Shown: positions 42,705-54,699 of the stretch, piece by piece
How the letters are laid out: each line of letters starts with the position of its first letter
Position numbering within the stretch: the first letter of the stretch is position 1
Source: an uncultured Planctomycetota bacterium
GTDB taxonomy: Bacteria; Planctomycetota; Planctomycetia; Isosphaerales; Isosphaeraceae
Length of the DNA stretch: 64,000 bases
Reading direction: 5' to 3'
Assembly (NCBI GenBank): GCA_963845755.1
Contig: CAWJTV010000003.1
Span: forward strand, 96,001 to 160,000
Notes under the pieces: model-generated
What the model was told of the DNA's origin: nothing
Database searches by the model: none
What the model saw: only the letters and a program-made list of their open reading frames with translations
Translations under genes and position numbers: made by a program

Positions 42705-44444
42705 GGGTGGAAGACGCGGTTCGCGCGGCGTTCGATCCCTGGTAAGCTGTCAAGGTGAGTTTCCCAGATTGTCTATCACCCGAAGTCCAAGGAGGGACCT
42801 CCGATGCCTTTCCAGAAGTCACCATCGATGGATCGAGACGGCGTCGAGCGGCTCGCCGAAGGGTGGGGGAAAGTCGTGGCCCGGCGCGTCCACGATGAGG
42901 TCGGGCCCGAGTTGGATCTCGACGCCGACGACATCGAGCAGATGGCCATCACCGCCGCCCGCGCCGTCGCTCGGGGCACCATCGCCGATCTGCTGGAGCG
43001 GAAGGCCGCGCTGCTGGGGCCCGAGCAACCCTGCCCGACGTGTCAGCGGCCTTGCGCCGTACAGCGCGAGCCGCGGGCCATCGACTTCTGGGGCGGCGCG
43101 GTCACCTACGCCGAGCCCCAGTGCCACTGCCCGGCCTGCCGCCGGGATTTTTTTCCCTCAGCGCCCGGCGCTACGGCTGACGTCCCATGACTACAGCCCC
43201 TCGGTAGTCCGCAAGATCGTCCGTTCCGCCACCCGCGAGCCCTCCTTCCGCGAGGCAGCCGAGGCCGTCGCCGAATTGGCCGAGGTGGACATCAGCGGCC
43301 GGCAACTCGACCGCATCGCCCGCGAACTCGGCGAGCAGTTGCGGTCCCAGCGGGATGAGCAGGTGGACCGCTTCCAGGCCGGCACGCTCGAGCCGCGCGT
43401 CGCGACACGGCCAGCCCTGGCGGTCGTCGAGGTCGATGGCGGCCGGCTCCAGATCCGCGGCGCGGGCCAGGGGCCGGGAGCCCACCAGGCCGCCTGGCAC
43501 GAGGACAAGATCGCGATCCTGGCGACGATGGCCCCTGTCGTCTCCGAGTGCGACCCCGAGCCGGAATTGCCCGCCTGTTTCCGCGATCGGGCCTACGTCG
43601 AGAAGGTCATCGGGGCCATCGGCGGGACCGGACCGATGGGCCCGCCGGCCCCCGAGATCCAGGAGCCCGCCGTGCTGCCGATCCCGGCCGTCGCCGAGGC
43701 CGCCGAGCCGCGCGGTACGCCGGAGCTATCGGTGCGCACCTACGTGGCCACGACCGCCCCGGTCGATCGCTTCGGGCCGATGGTCGCCGCCGAGGCCCGA
43801 CGGCGGAACTTCGCCGCGGCCGCCGCCCGGGCGTTCTTGGGGGACGGCTCGGCCTGGATCTGGGGGCTGCACCGCCGCTCTTTCCCGACCTTCGTGGCGA
43901 TCGTCGACTTCCTCCACGCCCTGGCCCACCTCTTCACGGCGGCCCGGGTCATGGTCGCCGACACCGAGGGCCGCTGGGAGTCATTCCAGGCCTGGGCGGA
44001 GGCCTGCTGGAACGGGCGGGTCGATCGGGTGATCGCGGAGCTTCGCACCTGGTGTGATACCCAGATCGCCTTGTGCGGGTGCCCGCTGGAAAGGCTAGCC
44101 GACGACGACCCCCGGAGGATCGTCGCGCGGGTGCTGGGCTACCTGGAAGACAACCGGGAGCGGATGGACTATCCGCGCTATCGTCGCGAGGGCCTCCCGT
44201 GGACGACCAGCCACGTGGAGTCGACGGTGAAGATATTCAACCGCCGGGTGAAGGGGTCGGAGAAGTTCTGGAGCGAGGCCGGTGCCGAAGCGATCCTCCA
44301 ACTCCGTGCGGCCTTCCTTTCCGAAGATGGCCGCCTGGACCGCCACCTCAAGGAGCGGCCCAGCAGCCCGTTCCGCAGCTACAAAGCCAGGAAGACTGGG
44401 GAAGCCGCGTAACTCGTCAGAAAAACGAACCGCGTCTTCCACCC
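42705..44444 (+). mobile_element. ISKra4-family insertion sequence
   Basis: Perfect 19-bp terminal inverted repeats GGGTGGAAGACGCGGTTCG; flanking 8-bp direct repeat GCCTCTAC. Confidence 0.88.
42804..44412 (+). CDS. ISKra4 transposase with a frame change at the T-run near 43150
   Basis: CPTC...CPAC zinc motif; EVDGG, LGDGSAWIW, DFLHA, RMDYPRYRREGLP..S.HVES. Confidence 0.85.
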
Positions 44445-44538
44445 GCCTCTACGCCTCCACCTCTTCATCGTTCCGAAGGGATGCGCGGGACCTCTCCCGA
44501 TGATCGATCGGATCCTCGCCTCGGCGATTCGGCGACTT

Positions 44539-45476
44539 GAGACCCTAAAAAAACCCAGTAATCGGCCCGTCAATTGCTCTCAATCTTGAGAGGAGTCCAC
44601 TACCCCTTTGGCCTGTCGGAAAGGGTCTCATCATGGCCAAGCCTTTGCTCCCGGACAAACTCTGGGACTTGATCCAACCCCTGATCCCGCCTCATCCCCC
44701 TGGGCCCAAAGGCGGACGTCCCCCGCTGGACGATCGCAAAGTCCTCACCGGGATCATCTTCATCCTCAAGACCGGCCTGCCTTGGGAGGACTTGCCCCAG
44801 GAGATGGGCTGTGGCTGCGGCATGACCGGTTGGAATCGCTTGCGCGACTGGCAGGCCGCCGGCATCTGGGACCAGATCCACCCGATCTTGTTGGCCCACC
44901 TCCGTCAGGCCGACGGGATCGACTTCGAGCGGTTCATCGTGGACACGGGTCACGTCCGCGCCGTGGGTGGGGGTGAAGAAACCGGCCCCAGCCCCGTCGA
45001 TCGCTCGAAATTGGGGAGCAAACACGCCATCGTCACCGACGGCCAAGGCGTGCCCTTGGTCACCGATACGATCCCGGCGAACACGCCGGATGCCAACTTG
45101 ACCGTGCCGTTGGTGGATGCCGTTCCCCCCATCGCCGGCCAGCCGGGCCACCCCCGCCAACGACCGGACCATGCGATGGGCGACCGGGGTTTTGACGACG
45201 AAGAGCAACGGCAGGAGTTGCGCGACCGGGGGATCGACCCGGAGTTGGCCAAGCGGCGGACGCCCCACGGGAGTGGCCTGGGTGTGTATCGCTGGGTGGT
45301 TGAGCGAACCCTCAGTTGGTTTCACCAGTTTCGCCGCCTGCGTGTGCGTTATGATCGTCGCGGTGACATCCACCAAGGGCTCAGCAATCTGGCCCAGATC
45401 CTCATCACGTTCCGGTTCCTTGAGCGGTACGGGGTAACTTAGAGTACACCGATTGGCTGGGTTCATTTAGGCGCTC
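44539..45476 (+). mobile_element. IS5-family insertion sequence
   Basis: Imperfect inverted ends GAGACCCTAAAAAAACCCAG versus GAGCGCCTAAATGAACCCAG; target duplication unclear. Confidence 0.7.
44633..45442 (+). CDS. IS5-family transposase
   Basis: WDLIQPLIP, TGLPWEDLP, GSKHAIVTDGQG.P, GDRGFD, RWVVERTLSW...RRLRVRYDR. Confidence 0.92.
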   Translation: MAKPLLPDKLWDLIQPLIPPHPPGPKGGRPPLDDRKVLTGIIFILKTGLPWEDLPQEMGCGCGMTGWNRLRDWQAAGIWDQIHPILLAHLRQADGIDFERFIVDTGHVRAVGGGEETGPSPVDRSKLGSKHAIVTDGQGVPLVTDTIPANTPDANLTVPLVDAVPPIAGQPGHPRQRPDHAMGDRGFDDEEQRQELRDRGIDPELAKRRTPHGSGLGVYRWVVERTLSWFHQFRRLRVRYDRRGDIHQGLSNLAQILITFRFLERYGVT

Positions 45477-46400
45477 TTAGGACTCCTCGGAAGCCAGCAA
45501 CTCATCCCAGGTGGCAACCTCCGTGAGGCGATCGCTGAGCTGAAGAAGTCGCTCCCGGTCGGTCATTGCCATGATCGCGACGGCGACCCGTTCATCGGGC
45601 GTGCCGAGCGTTTTTTGGCCGATGCGGAGCAAGGTCTCCGCGATTCCTTTGGTCTCGCCCAGGGCTTCGCCCTTGGCGATGCCCTGGGCCTCGCCCTTGG
45701 CGATACCTTCGGCGAGGATGTCCTGATAGACCCACGAGTCCTCGATTCCCCGAATTCCCAAGATCATGGTTGCCACCCCCCGAATCAGCGCCTCAACTTG
45801 CTCGCGTGGATAACGCGATCCCATCAAGATCGTGGTGGATGCCCACAGGATCTTCCGCAGCTCAACGGGTGCTTCCTGATTGAGCCGCTCCGCGACCACC
45901 GTCAGGACCTCCGGCAACCGATCGGGAGCCACGTTCGAGACCGGGGCCAGCGGCAAGATCGGCAAACCGGCCATCAGGAGTTTCTCCGGCGATTCGAGCC
46001 AGACCCGGACGACATCATACCGGAACCAGAGTTTCCTGCCTCGGCCGGGAAACGTTGTCTCGAAGATCCCGGTCAGCTCGGGCCCGTCGGCCGCGGGCCG
46101 GATCAGCACCAGGACGCTCCACACCGGCACCTGATGTCGTCGCTCCAGGATCGTATTATACCAATGACACTGCTCGGGCTGCGCCAGGTTGCGTCCGGAG
46201 AGGAACTCGGCGTGGACGATCAACGGCTCCTTGCCATCAACCCGCACGACCTTGTCGGCCTCGGCGGTGATCGTCGAGACGTTCGAATCGACAACCTTGA
46301 CCAAGGTAGGATCGGGGACGGGGATGCCGAGGAACTCGAGCCAGGCGGCCGGCTCCAGCTCGAATAGCTCGCGCATCGTTGCATCGAACGGCTTGGACAT
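45477..46400 (-). CDS. Rpn-like / putative PD-(D/E)xK family protein
   Basis: MSKPFDATMRELF, EADKVVRV..IVHAEF, EG.AKG repeats and DUF4351-like tail. Confidence 0.65.
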   Translation of the reverse strand: MSKPFDATMRELFELEPAAWLEFLGIPVPDPTLVKVVDSNVSTITAEADKVVRVDGKEPLIVHAEFLSGRNLAQPEQCHWYNTILERRHQVPVWSVLVLIRPAADGPELTGIFETTFPGRGRKLWFRYDVVRVWLESPEKLLMAGLPILPLAPVSNVAPDRLPEVLTVVAERLNQEAPVELRKILWASTTILMGSRYPREQVEALIRGVATMILGIRGIEDSWVYQDILAEGIAKGEAQGIAKGEALGETKGIAETLLRIGQKTLGTPDERVAVAIMAMTDRERLLQLSDRLTEVATWDELLASEES

Positions 46401-46456
46401 CGCCGGAAGTTTCTCGGAGATTCGTGCGAGATGAACGTTCTGGTGCGACCCGTTCC

Positions 46457-47477
46457 TCAGCGGCTGGCCGTGCCCGACTTGGTATCGGTGGCGGCCAGGA
46501 AGGCCTGACGATGGCTGGGGTCGGGGAACCAGAACCGGCGGCCGTCGCGGGAGACTTCGTATTTCGGGTCGCCGCGCACCAGGAGGCCGGTCGCGCTCAG
46601 GCAATGCGAGCAGAACCCTTGTTCGGCCACGTCGACCATCGCATAACGTTCGGCGTCCTTGAGGAACTGGCGGCGAGCTTCCTCGGTAGAGCAGAGGTAC
46701 AGGCGGCCCTGATAGAGCACACCCCACCTGGGATTTCCCGCGCGGACAGCCCCGCGATCCACCCGGGCGACCGGGCAATCCCCGTGGTTCACCGGGAGAT
46801 AGCGGTCGGGATCCTTGCGGAACAGGCTGCTCATGACCGCGCTGGCGAAGCGGTAGACCCGCCCTTCATGCTGGACCGTGTATTCGGTCTGTCCCGGGAC
46901 CAGCCGCCGGTCGGCGATCAGACTGACGGGGCAATATCCCGAGAGCGCAAACTGGACCTCCTTCTTCGGTTGGGCCGGTTCCGGACGCCCGACCTCCGCC
47001 TTGAGGGATCCCTCCCGCCCTCGCCACGTCGACACGACGTCGCTCAGCAGCGAGTCTAGCTCGTCGGGCCCGAGATAACCCTGGCGAACCGCCACGATCT
47101 CGCGGCTCGGTGACACGATGACCGTCGCCGGCAGTCCTGACAGATTGAAGGCCAACGCGAGTTGTTCGTGGACGTCCGATCGCAGTTTCAACGGCACGAA
47201 GGATTCGCGAGAATGCTGGATGATATCGGGGTCGGGGAACGCGTCGCGCTCCATGCGCGTGCAACTGGGACACCAGGGACCGGTGAACTGGATCCAGAGA
47301 AGCCGGTTGGCCGTCCTGGCTTCCTCGAGGGCCCCGGCATAATCGCCGCGCCACGAGATGGGTTCGGGTCGGCACCCGGGCCAAGCTCAGTCGGTCGGTG
47401 GCGCAGAGTACGGCAGCAGCGATGCCGAAAGCAACGGCGACGCGTTGGCGATGGTCGCGCGATGGGTGGAGAGTCAT
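46457..47477 (-). CDS. Secreted thioredoxin-like protein with YHS domains (frameshift near 47355)
   Basis: FTGPWCPSCTRME in one frame; ALSGYCPVSL, GRVYRFAS..F.KDPDRY repeats. Confidence 0.75.
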
Positions 47478-47629
47478 CGAGCATCTCCCTCGTTCGACGG
47501 CGAACACGTGTTGTTAGGATTGAAGGTGCGCGGCAGAACGCAGCGCACTCCATCCATGGAGATGCCACCCGGCAAGCTCGAGCGGGCCAGACCATTGGCG
47601 GTTGGGATCAAGGCGTCGATTTCAAGACT

Positions 47630-48565
47630 TCACATCGGCTCGCTCGAAGCCGCCTCTTCAGCCGAAAGTCGGGTCGAGCCGTCGGTCGCGGCATTGCGAT
47701 CCGACCTCTCCGCAACCCCGGCGCGACCGCTCCACGCGTCAGCCGCGGAGCCGTTACCCACCGGCACGCGGGATTCCAGGACCGACGCGGCGTTCATCGC
47801 AGCCGCCGGGGAGCCGCGCAACGCCACGGGCGGCTGCAATAACTCGCCCAGGAGCGCGATCTCGCGGAGCTTGGCCGGGGAGGCGAGCATCGTGCGCAGG
47901 TCGCTGCTGGTGAGGGTCGGTCTCGGTTTGTTCGTCGTGGCGTGAGGCAGGTTCGGGGTCGTCTGCTGGGTCAGCGGGGAGCCTAGAGGCGTGATCGGCG
48001 TCGATAGGGGAACGATCTCCAGCGTGCGGCCTTTCTTCGGACCGAGCGGCTGGCTGACCAGTCCAGTCAGCACCCGGGGCCGCTCCGACTCGATCGACTT
48101 GGGCGAGGCAGCCTGAGGGGCACGCCCGCGAGCGGCCGACCGGCGACTGGCCGTCGATCGCGCTGCTCGTGCCGTCGCTGCGGAAGACGGTGAGAACGAC
48201 GATGTCGATCCCTGGGAGGTCCGTGTTTCTGACTCGAGAATCACGATCCCTTCATCGGGACCACCCGACCGCCCGGCCTCCAGAGACCGCGCCTGAGCCG
48301 GAGGCGCGGCCCATCGAGCCGGTGCCGACCGCTCCGCCGCGGGCGCCGCCGGTCGAGACGCGCCCTGGGATCGCGACGATCCCGCCGGCTCGCCGCGGCC
48401 CACCAGGGGAGCACCCATCCCCGGGCGCGGCCCGCCGCCGGCTCCCGGAGCCCGACCCGGGCGCGGCGGCAGCGGCTGGGCATCTCGGTTCAAGAGGGAT
48501 GTCAGCGCCCAGATCGCCAGGAAGGTTAGCGGCACGATGAACTGGAGCAGGAGCTCGGTTTTCAT
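47630..48565 (-). CDS. Hypothetical membrane-anchored protein downstream of floA
   Basis: N-terminal TM helix, low-complexity linker, LREIALLGELLQPPVALR. Confidence 0.6.
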   Translation of the reverse strand: MKTELLLQFIVPLTFLAIWALTSLLNRDAQPLPPRPGRAPGAGGGPRPGMGAPLVGRGEPAGSSRSQGASRPAAPAAERSAPARWAAPPAQARSLEAGRSGGPDEGIVILESETRTSQGSTSSFSPSSAATARAARSTASRRSAARGRAPQAASPKSIESERPRVLTGLVSQPLGPKKGRTLEIVPLSTPITPLGSPLTQQTTPNLPHATTNKPRPTLTSSDLRTMLASPAKLREIALLGELLQPPVALRGSPAAAMNAASVLESRVPVGNGSAADAWSGRAGVAERSDRNAATDGSTRLSAEEAASSEPM

Positions 48566-48707
48566 CTTCGTTTCGTCCTTAGTCCTTGGTCGTGGGTCAT
48601 GGGTCTAACCGCGATAGCCGTGAGAGACTTCGGGGGCGCGGGGCCTTGAGATGACTTCTGAGTCCGCTTGCGAACCGATGACTCATCATTAATGACCAAT
48701 GACTAAC

Positions 48708-49770
48708 CTAAGAAGGACTGTTCTCACGTCGTGAATTACCGGTACCGGCGATCGCGTTCCGCATCTCGGTATCCGCCTGGACGTTCCGGAGGTGATAATA
48801 GTCGCCGATCCCCAGGTTCCCCGAACGGAACGCTTCGGCGATGGCCAGGGGGACCTCGGCCTCGGCCTCGACGACCTTGGCGCGGTTCTCCTGGACCTGG
48901 GCCTGCATCTCCTGCTCCTTGGCAACGGCGAACGCGCGGGCGCTCTTCCGCCTTGGCACGGGCGACGCGGGTGTCGGCCTCGGCTTGCAGGGCCTGGAGA
49001 TTGGCCCCGATGTTGTCGCCGACATCGACGTCGGCGATGTCGATCGAAAGGATCTCATAAGCGGTGCCGGCGTCCAGCCCCTTCTCGAGGACCCGCTTGG
49101 AGATCGTGTCGGGCTTCTCGAGGACTTGCTCGTGCGTGTCCGCCGAACCGATGGCGTTGACGATCCCCTCGCCGACCCGCGCGATGATCGTCTCGTCGGT
49201 CGCGCCGCCGACCAGGCGATCGAGGTTGGTGCGGACGGTCACCTTCGCCTTGACCTTCAACTGGATGCCGTTCTTGGCGACGCCGTCGATGCTCTGCCGT
49301 CCGGAGCTGGGGTCGGGGCACGGGATGACCTTGGGATTGACGCTGGTCTGGACGGCCTCCAGGACGTTGCGCCCGGCGAGGTCGATCGCCGCGGCCCGCT
49401 TGTACGAGAGCGGGATGTCGGCCCGGTTGGCGGCGATCAGCGCCCGGACGACGTTCGGCACATTGCCGCCGGCCAGATAGTGGGCCTCCAGGGCCCGGGT
49501 GGTCATGCCGTCCTTCTCCGACAGGCCCGCCTGGTAGGCCATGATCTTCGAGCGGACGATGATGTTCGGATTCACCTTGCGGAACGACATCCCGACGAGC
49601 TCCAGGATGCTGATGCTGGCCGAAGTCATCTTCGCCTGGAGCCAGAGGTTGGCATACTTCGCCAGGAAGATGCAGAGGATGATCGCAAACAGCACCAGGA
49701 CGAAGATCAAGAACAGGACGTAGGTCGGCCAGTGGGAGGGGTTAAGCTCAGCAAGCAGCGTGGCGATCAT
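48708..49770 (-). CDS. floA: Flotillin-like protein FloA (YqfA), frameshift near 48950
   Basis: [47 protein letters not shown]. Confidence 0.92.
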
Positions 49771-50979
49771 GGTGAATCCTCGAAAAGGGTGACCGCGCCG
49801 GCGAGATCATCCGCCCCGAGAGCGGACGGAGGGTTAGCCCGCATCAAGTCCCTGAGGGTGCACGGGCCAGGCGGTCGGCGCGCCGCCACCTGTTCCAACC
49901 TCCCAGTGTAATCGAACGCTCGGCTTGATCGCCAACCCCTTCCCCGTTCGTGGCGCCGCCAAGGTGAGGGTCTCAAGAGTCGATGGAAAACGTTTCGCGT
50001 TCAGTTGATATGCATGATCGTCTTGACACAAGTTGCGACAGGGGTTTCCTCGGGGACGCGGGTGGCCGGGTTGCACCTTCGGCGATCACCAGGGCGAGTC
50101 GGTTTTTCTGGCCTTGAGGACGTGGTCTGGGCATGGCACGAACTGGCACTGGAAGACAACATTTCGACGGGCCTCCAGTGCCACGTTCGCGCTCCTGAGC
50201 CTCGGGGCACGGCGTTGACTCGGGGGCGCGTCAGCAAGCGGCGTTGATCCAGGGCACTCCAACGGCGATGATGGACGGTCCAGGCATACCGGCGTGGTGT
50301 CGTCGGGCCGACCGTACGACACGGATGATACTCAGTCAATCTCTCTATTAATCAGTATGCCGCAACTTCGAAATTTCGTTAATGCACCTACGGCGGATTC
50401 TGGCCGTTTCCTCGGCGCAACTCTCGGCCCAATTATGAGATAAAAAAAACGAAAAAAATTCTGAGGCGGGAGACTGCGCAGCCGAAGTCCACCATGAAAC
50501 CGGTCTTGTTTGACCATCCTGCTCGTATGGCGTCCGGCCGCTATTCTCGGCACTCGGCTCCTACGGGATAGGAGGGACGGCAGCCCGCTCCCGAGCGGAG
50601 GACGACGGCATCCTGGAGAGTTGGCTGAATGGATCGACATCGACTACTTTAGCAATGTCGTCGGAACCCGTTCACACCCTGCTCGACAGTTGTAAGACGC
50701 CTGTTTTCAAACATGAATTATAGTCAATAAGTGGGCTTTTCCCCAAAAAATCACAGCTTCGGAGCGTGGGAACGAGTGATAATCTCGGACAATCGTCAAC
50801 CGAGGCGTGAACGCGTACCCATCTCCTTCACTCTCTGAATTTTTCATGCATTTCGTGTATTTCGTGGTTGAACTCTTCCAGGGAGAAGGGTCAAGAGCTG
50901 TGAGGGGCCGGGTCGTTTTAGGCGCCCTCAGGATCGGCGGCGCCGCCGGTCGGTGTTGTCCCCGCGCCACGCGGCCGGG

Positions 50980-53187
50980 TCAAACCCGCTTGACGATCAC
51001 GCGCGTGCCCTGAACATCGACGACCTCGACGAGCGTGTCGGGCTCGACGTAGCCGCCGGATGCCATGACATCGATCTGGAGGTTGCCGAACCGGGCCTTC
51101 CCGGTGGGCCTCAGCGGGCAGGTGGTCCGCCCGGTCTCGCCGATCAGGAAGCTGAGCGACTCGTACCCTTCCACGACCGGCCGGCCCGCGGTCTCGTCGG
51201 TCTCGAAGCCGGTCCAGGGCTCCGGTTTGAGGATCAGGCGGTTGAACAGCGGCAGCGAGGGGAAGTATCGCGCCAGGACCGCGGCCCCGACTCCCACGAG
51301 CACGAGCATCCCGGTGACCTGCATGAGCGTGTATCCCAGCTCGCGGTACTCGTAGTCGTGCGTCGGCCAGATGAAGGTGTGGCTGGCCATCACGATGCTG
51401 CAGAGCATCAGCAGGATTCCGCTGATGCCGAAGATCCCCATCCCCGGGAACACGAACAGCTCCACGGCCAGACAGACCAGCCCGATGAGGAACAGGATGA
51501 TCTCCAACTGGTCCGCGGTCCCGCTGAGATAATGGCTCCAGAAGAACAGGAGGAAGGCCAGGGCCGAGATGATCCCGGGCAGTCCGACGCCGGGGAGCTT
51601 CAGCTCGATGACCATCATGAAGACTCCGAGGAACAGCAGGAGCCAGCTCACGACGGGCTTGGTCAGGAAGGCGACCAGCGCATCCACCCAGCCCGGCCCC
51701 TCCTTGTGGATCTCCATGCCCTGCAAACCATAGAGCACCTTCAGCTCTTCATCGTCGTTGACGACGCGTCCCAGGCCGTAGGAGGCGGCCTCATCGGCCT
51801 TGATGGTGAGGACGGTTCCGGGCTCCTTGCGGGTCTCGATCACCTGGTATCGGCCCGGTTCGTTCGCCAGATCGCTCCGCAGGACCAGGCGCATGGCGCC
51901 GGTCTTGGAATCCTTGGCCTCCAGGACCTCGGCGGCGGGATCGACCATCGCCCGCGCCACGGCCTCGGGATGCATCCGCAACCGAGCCCAGTGCTCGGCC
52001 TTGCCGGCCAATCCGGCCATCAGCTCCGGGCTGAGGTCGCGGAGCCGGCCATCCGATCCGCTGATGACATGGCGGACGTCGCCGATCTGCGAATTCTTCT
52101 TGAAGACGATGTCCCGGCACGCCAGCGGCAGCAGGGCGGCCAGGCCCACCGCGCGGTCCTCGATGTAGGCCACCGTCTTCATGTCCTTGATTCCGGCGAC
52201 CAGGTCGGCGAGGCTGTCGGTCACCGCGTCGTTTCCCCCGGGGCTGTTGATTTGCAGGATCAGCAGATTGGCCTTCTCCTGTCGCGCCTGGTCCACGCGC
52301 TTGGCGAGGTACGAGACCATGATGCTGTCCAGCGGACCTTCCAGGGGGATCCAGACGGGGAGGATCTTGTGCCCGAGGGTCGGGTCGTCGATGGCGGAAC
52401 GGCCGGAGATGTGGTAGATACTCGTCACCTCGTCCCGAGATTCCGCCGTCCGTTTGCAGAAGCCCTCGTCGAAAGCCCGCTTGGCCTCTAGCACGCCGCG
52501 CTGGCCACCCTCCCAGGCCGGTCGTTCCTCGATCACCTGGTGCGTCGTCTGGAAGGAGGGCAGGTTCTCGGCCAGGACGTAGTGCACGGTCTTATTGGCC
52601 GTGCGGACCAGCCGCAAGTCGGCGTCCCGATCGAGCATCCCCAGCAGCAGGTCGGGGTCGCGGGTCTTCCGTTTGGCCAGGAACCCGACCAACTCCCGGT
52701 AGGCGGGATCGGGCGCCTGGTCCTCCGGAGTGATCGGGCCCAGGGTTGCCGAGGACCCCATCACGATCTCGGTGCATGCGACCGCCGGCAGGACGGCGTA
52801 TCCCCGGAGCGGTTGCGGGATGTAGGCCACCGTCAGCTTCGCCCCGGCCAACTCCCGGGAGATCAGGTTGGCCAGGTCGTGAGAGACGCCGAACTCGCTG
52901 GTGCCCGGTGCCTTGTCGCCCGGCAGGAACTCGAAGACGAGGATCGGCCGCTTCCCCGCTTCGGCCGACGCGGAGGAATCGACCAGTTGCCGCGTCTGCG
53001 CACGGATCCGCGCGATCGTCTCGGACGTGATCGGCTCGACCACGGGGAAGAACTGGGCCGGGGTATCCTCGATGGCGGTGGGAGACGCGTCTTGAGCGAT
53101 CGCCGGCAGACCGATCGTATTGACGAGGAGTGTCAGCAGCAGCGACCACAACCTCTCGTGGTGACGCGGAGCGCGGGAGCGAATCAT
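50980..53187 (-). CDS. NfeD-family membrane protein with two ClpP-like domains
   Basis: INSPGG, TM bundle (IELKLPGVGLPG, ELFVFPG), C-terminal PLRPTGKARFG OB-fold. Confidence 0.85.
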   Translation of the reverse strand: MIRSRAPRHHERLWSLLLTLLVNTIGLPAIAQDASPTAIEDTPAQFFPVVEPITSETIARIRAQTRQLVDSSASAEAGKRPILVFEFLPGDKAPGTSEFGVSHDLANLISRELAGAKLTVAYIPQPLRGYAVLPAVACTEIVMGSSATLGPITPEDQAPDPAYRELVGFLAKRKTRDPDLLLGMLDRDADLRLVRTANKTVHYVLAENLPSFQTTHQVIEERPAWEGGQRGVLEAKRAFDEGFCKRTAESRDEVTSIYHISGRSAIDDPTLGHKILPVWIPLEGPLDSIMVSYLAKRVDQARQEKANLLILQINSPGGNDAVTDSLADLVAGIKDMKTVAYIEDRAVGLAALLPLACRDIVFKKNSQIGDVRHVISGSDGRLRDLSPELMAGLAGKAEHWARLRMHPEAVARAMVDPAAEVLEAKDSKTGAMRLVLRSDLANEPGRYQVIETRKEPGTVLTIKADEAASYGLGRVVNDDEELKVLYGLQGMEIHKEGPGWVDALVAFLTKPVVSWLLLFLGVFMMVIELKLPGVGLPGIISALAFLLFFWSHYLSGTADQLEIILFLIGLVCLAVELFVFPGMGIFGISGILLMLCSIVMASHTFIWPTHDYEYRELGYTLMQVTGMLVLVGVGAAVLARYFPSLPLFNRLILKPEPWTGFETDETAGRPVVEGYESLSFLIGETGRTTCPLRPTGKARFGNLQIDVMASGGYVEPDTLVEVVDVQGTRVIVKRV

Positions 53188-53497
53188 AGCAGTCGGACTC
53201 CCTCCGAGAGTCGGACGCATCCGGGTCCTCGCCGTCGGCGGCGCAGCGGTCGGATCCGGCCATCGGATAGGGTCCGATACGACCGGTTGTGGCGACCCGC
53301 GCCGGTCCCAGCCAGTCGCCGTGCGCTCCGAACGCAGACACAGTCAATCGCGTGGCTCACCCGGGTGATTATAAGCGGATCACGGGGGTGGGTCAAACAC
53401 CCCAGGACGCACCGGCGCCGCCACCGTCGGCTTCCCGGGATCGTCCCACTGCCCTGTCCGGCTGCCTTGTGCCCGAACTCTCGACCAGACTTTCGCT

Positions 53498-54411
53498 TCA
53501 GCGTTGCCGAAACAGGCCCTTCGCCGGCTGAGCCGGCTGGGCGCCGACATTCGCCGACGGCTGTCCTGGCGCCTGAGGGTTCCGCTCCAGCTTATAGTCC
53601 TTCGCAGGGTGTCCCTGGAACCAGGCGTTCTTGACCTCGGCGTTCGGGACGACATGCTCGAACCGAAAGTCTTTGGTACTCTTGTTGTCGGGTGAGGTCA
53701 GGTAGATCCGGACCGGCAAGAGCCATTTCTTGTCCAGGACAATCTGGGCCGTCCGGAACTCCTCCTTATCCGCCGGAAGCTTGGGGCGGACCAGCACATA
53801 ATAGTATTGCTGGTCCTCTTTCACGAGCTTCATCTCGTAGCGCGCCTCGGCCTGTTGCGCCTTCATGTTGAAGAGGAATGGCAGGGGGCCTTCCTCGAGC
53901 GCCCGCTGACGCGATTCCTTGGCCAGCGGATAGACGAAGATCTGCTTGGTGGGGTGGAGATACTGCCAGACCTCTTTTTCGCCGCAGATGATGGTTTCGT
54001 GGGCCGTCGTGGATCGTTTCTTGGGATTCTTGGGATCCGCCACCGGGACCAACTTCCCCTTCGCATCGCGCATGGTCTTGATCTTCTTGAAGTCGAGTGC
54101 GCAAGCTGAGGGTTCTGGAAGATGGCCAGCCCCTCGTAATGAACCTCTTCATTCCAGTCTGGCAAACGATCGATGCGGTAGATCCAGACTTCGAGCGTCT
54201 TCAACTTGGCACTCTGACGCTCCCAGTCCTTGAGGAGCTTTTGCATCATGGCCGGATCCGGCGCCGCCTGGACCTGGCGGGCCGGGGCACCGGCTCCAGG
54301 CCGGGCCGCCGGGGCCCGATTGCCTGCACCGTCCTGGGGGAACGCCGTCGCGAGACTGCTCGCGGACACGGCGATGAGTGAGGACAACAAGATCCGTCTT
54401 GCTCGTGGCAT
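53498..54411 (-). CDS. Planctomycete TIGR03009-like (LolA-like) secreted protein, frameshift near 54100
   Basis: Signal peptide; LLKDWE..S..LKTL; EGPLPFLFNMKA. Confidence 0.7.
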
Positions 54412-54699
54412 GGGCCACCTTCCTCCCTGCGAACGGCTCGAGCCCAGTGGGTACCCGCGATGTGCGGAGCACGGCCGGTTCCCTCTGACCGACTCCTGCG
54501 CGGACCCTACCATAGTTCGCTGATGGCTGCCAGTGCAGCCCAGAAACACCCTGTAGATAGGGACGAACAGGCGGACTGGGATGATTGGTGAAAATAGGCG
54601 ACATCCGGCTCTCGAGCCCGGACGCCGCCCATGCAACCATGCCACCTCGGACAGTTCGGACGCGATCCTGCTTCGTGTGCCGTGGTCCGCGGGGACCGT

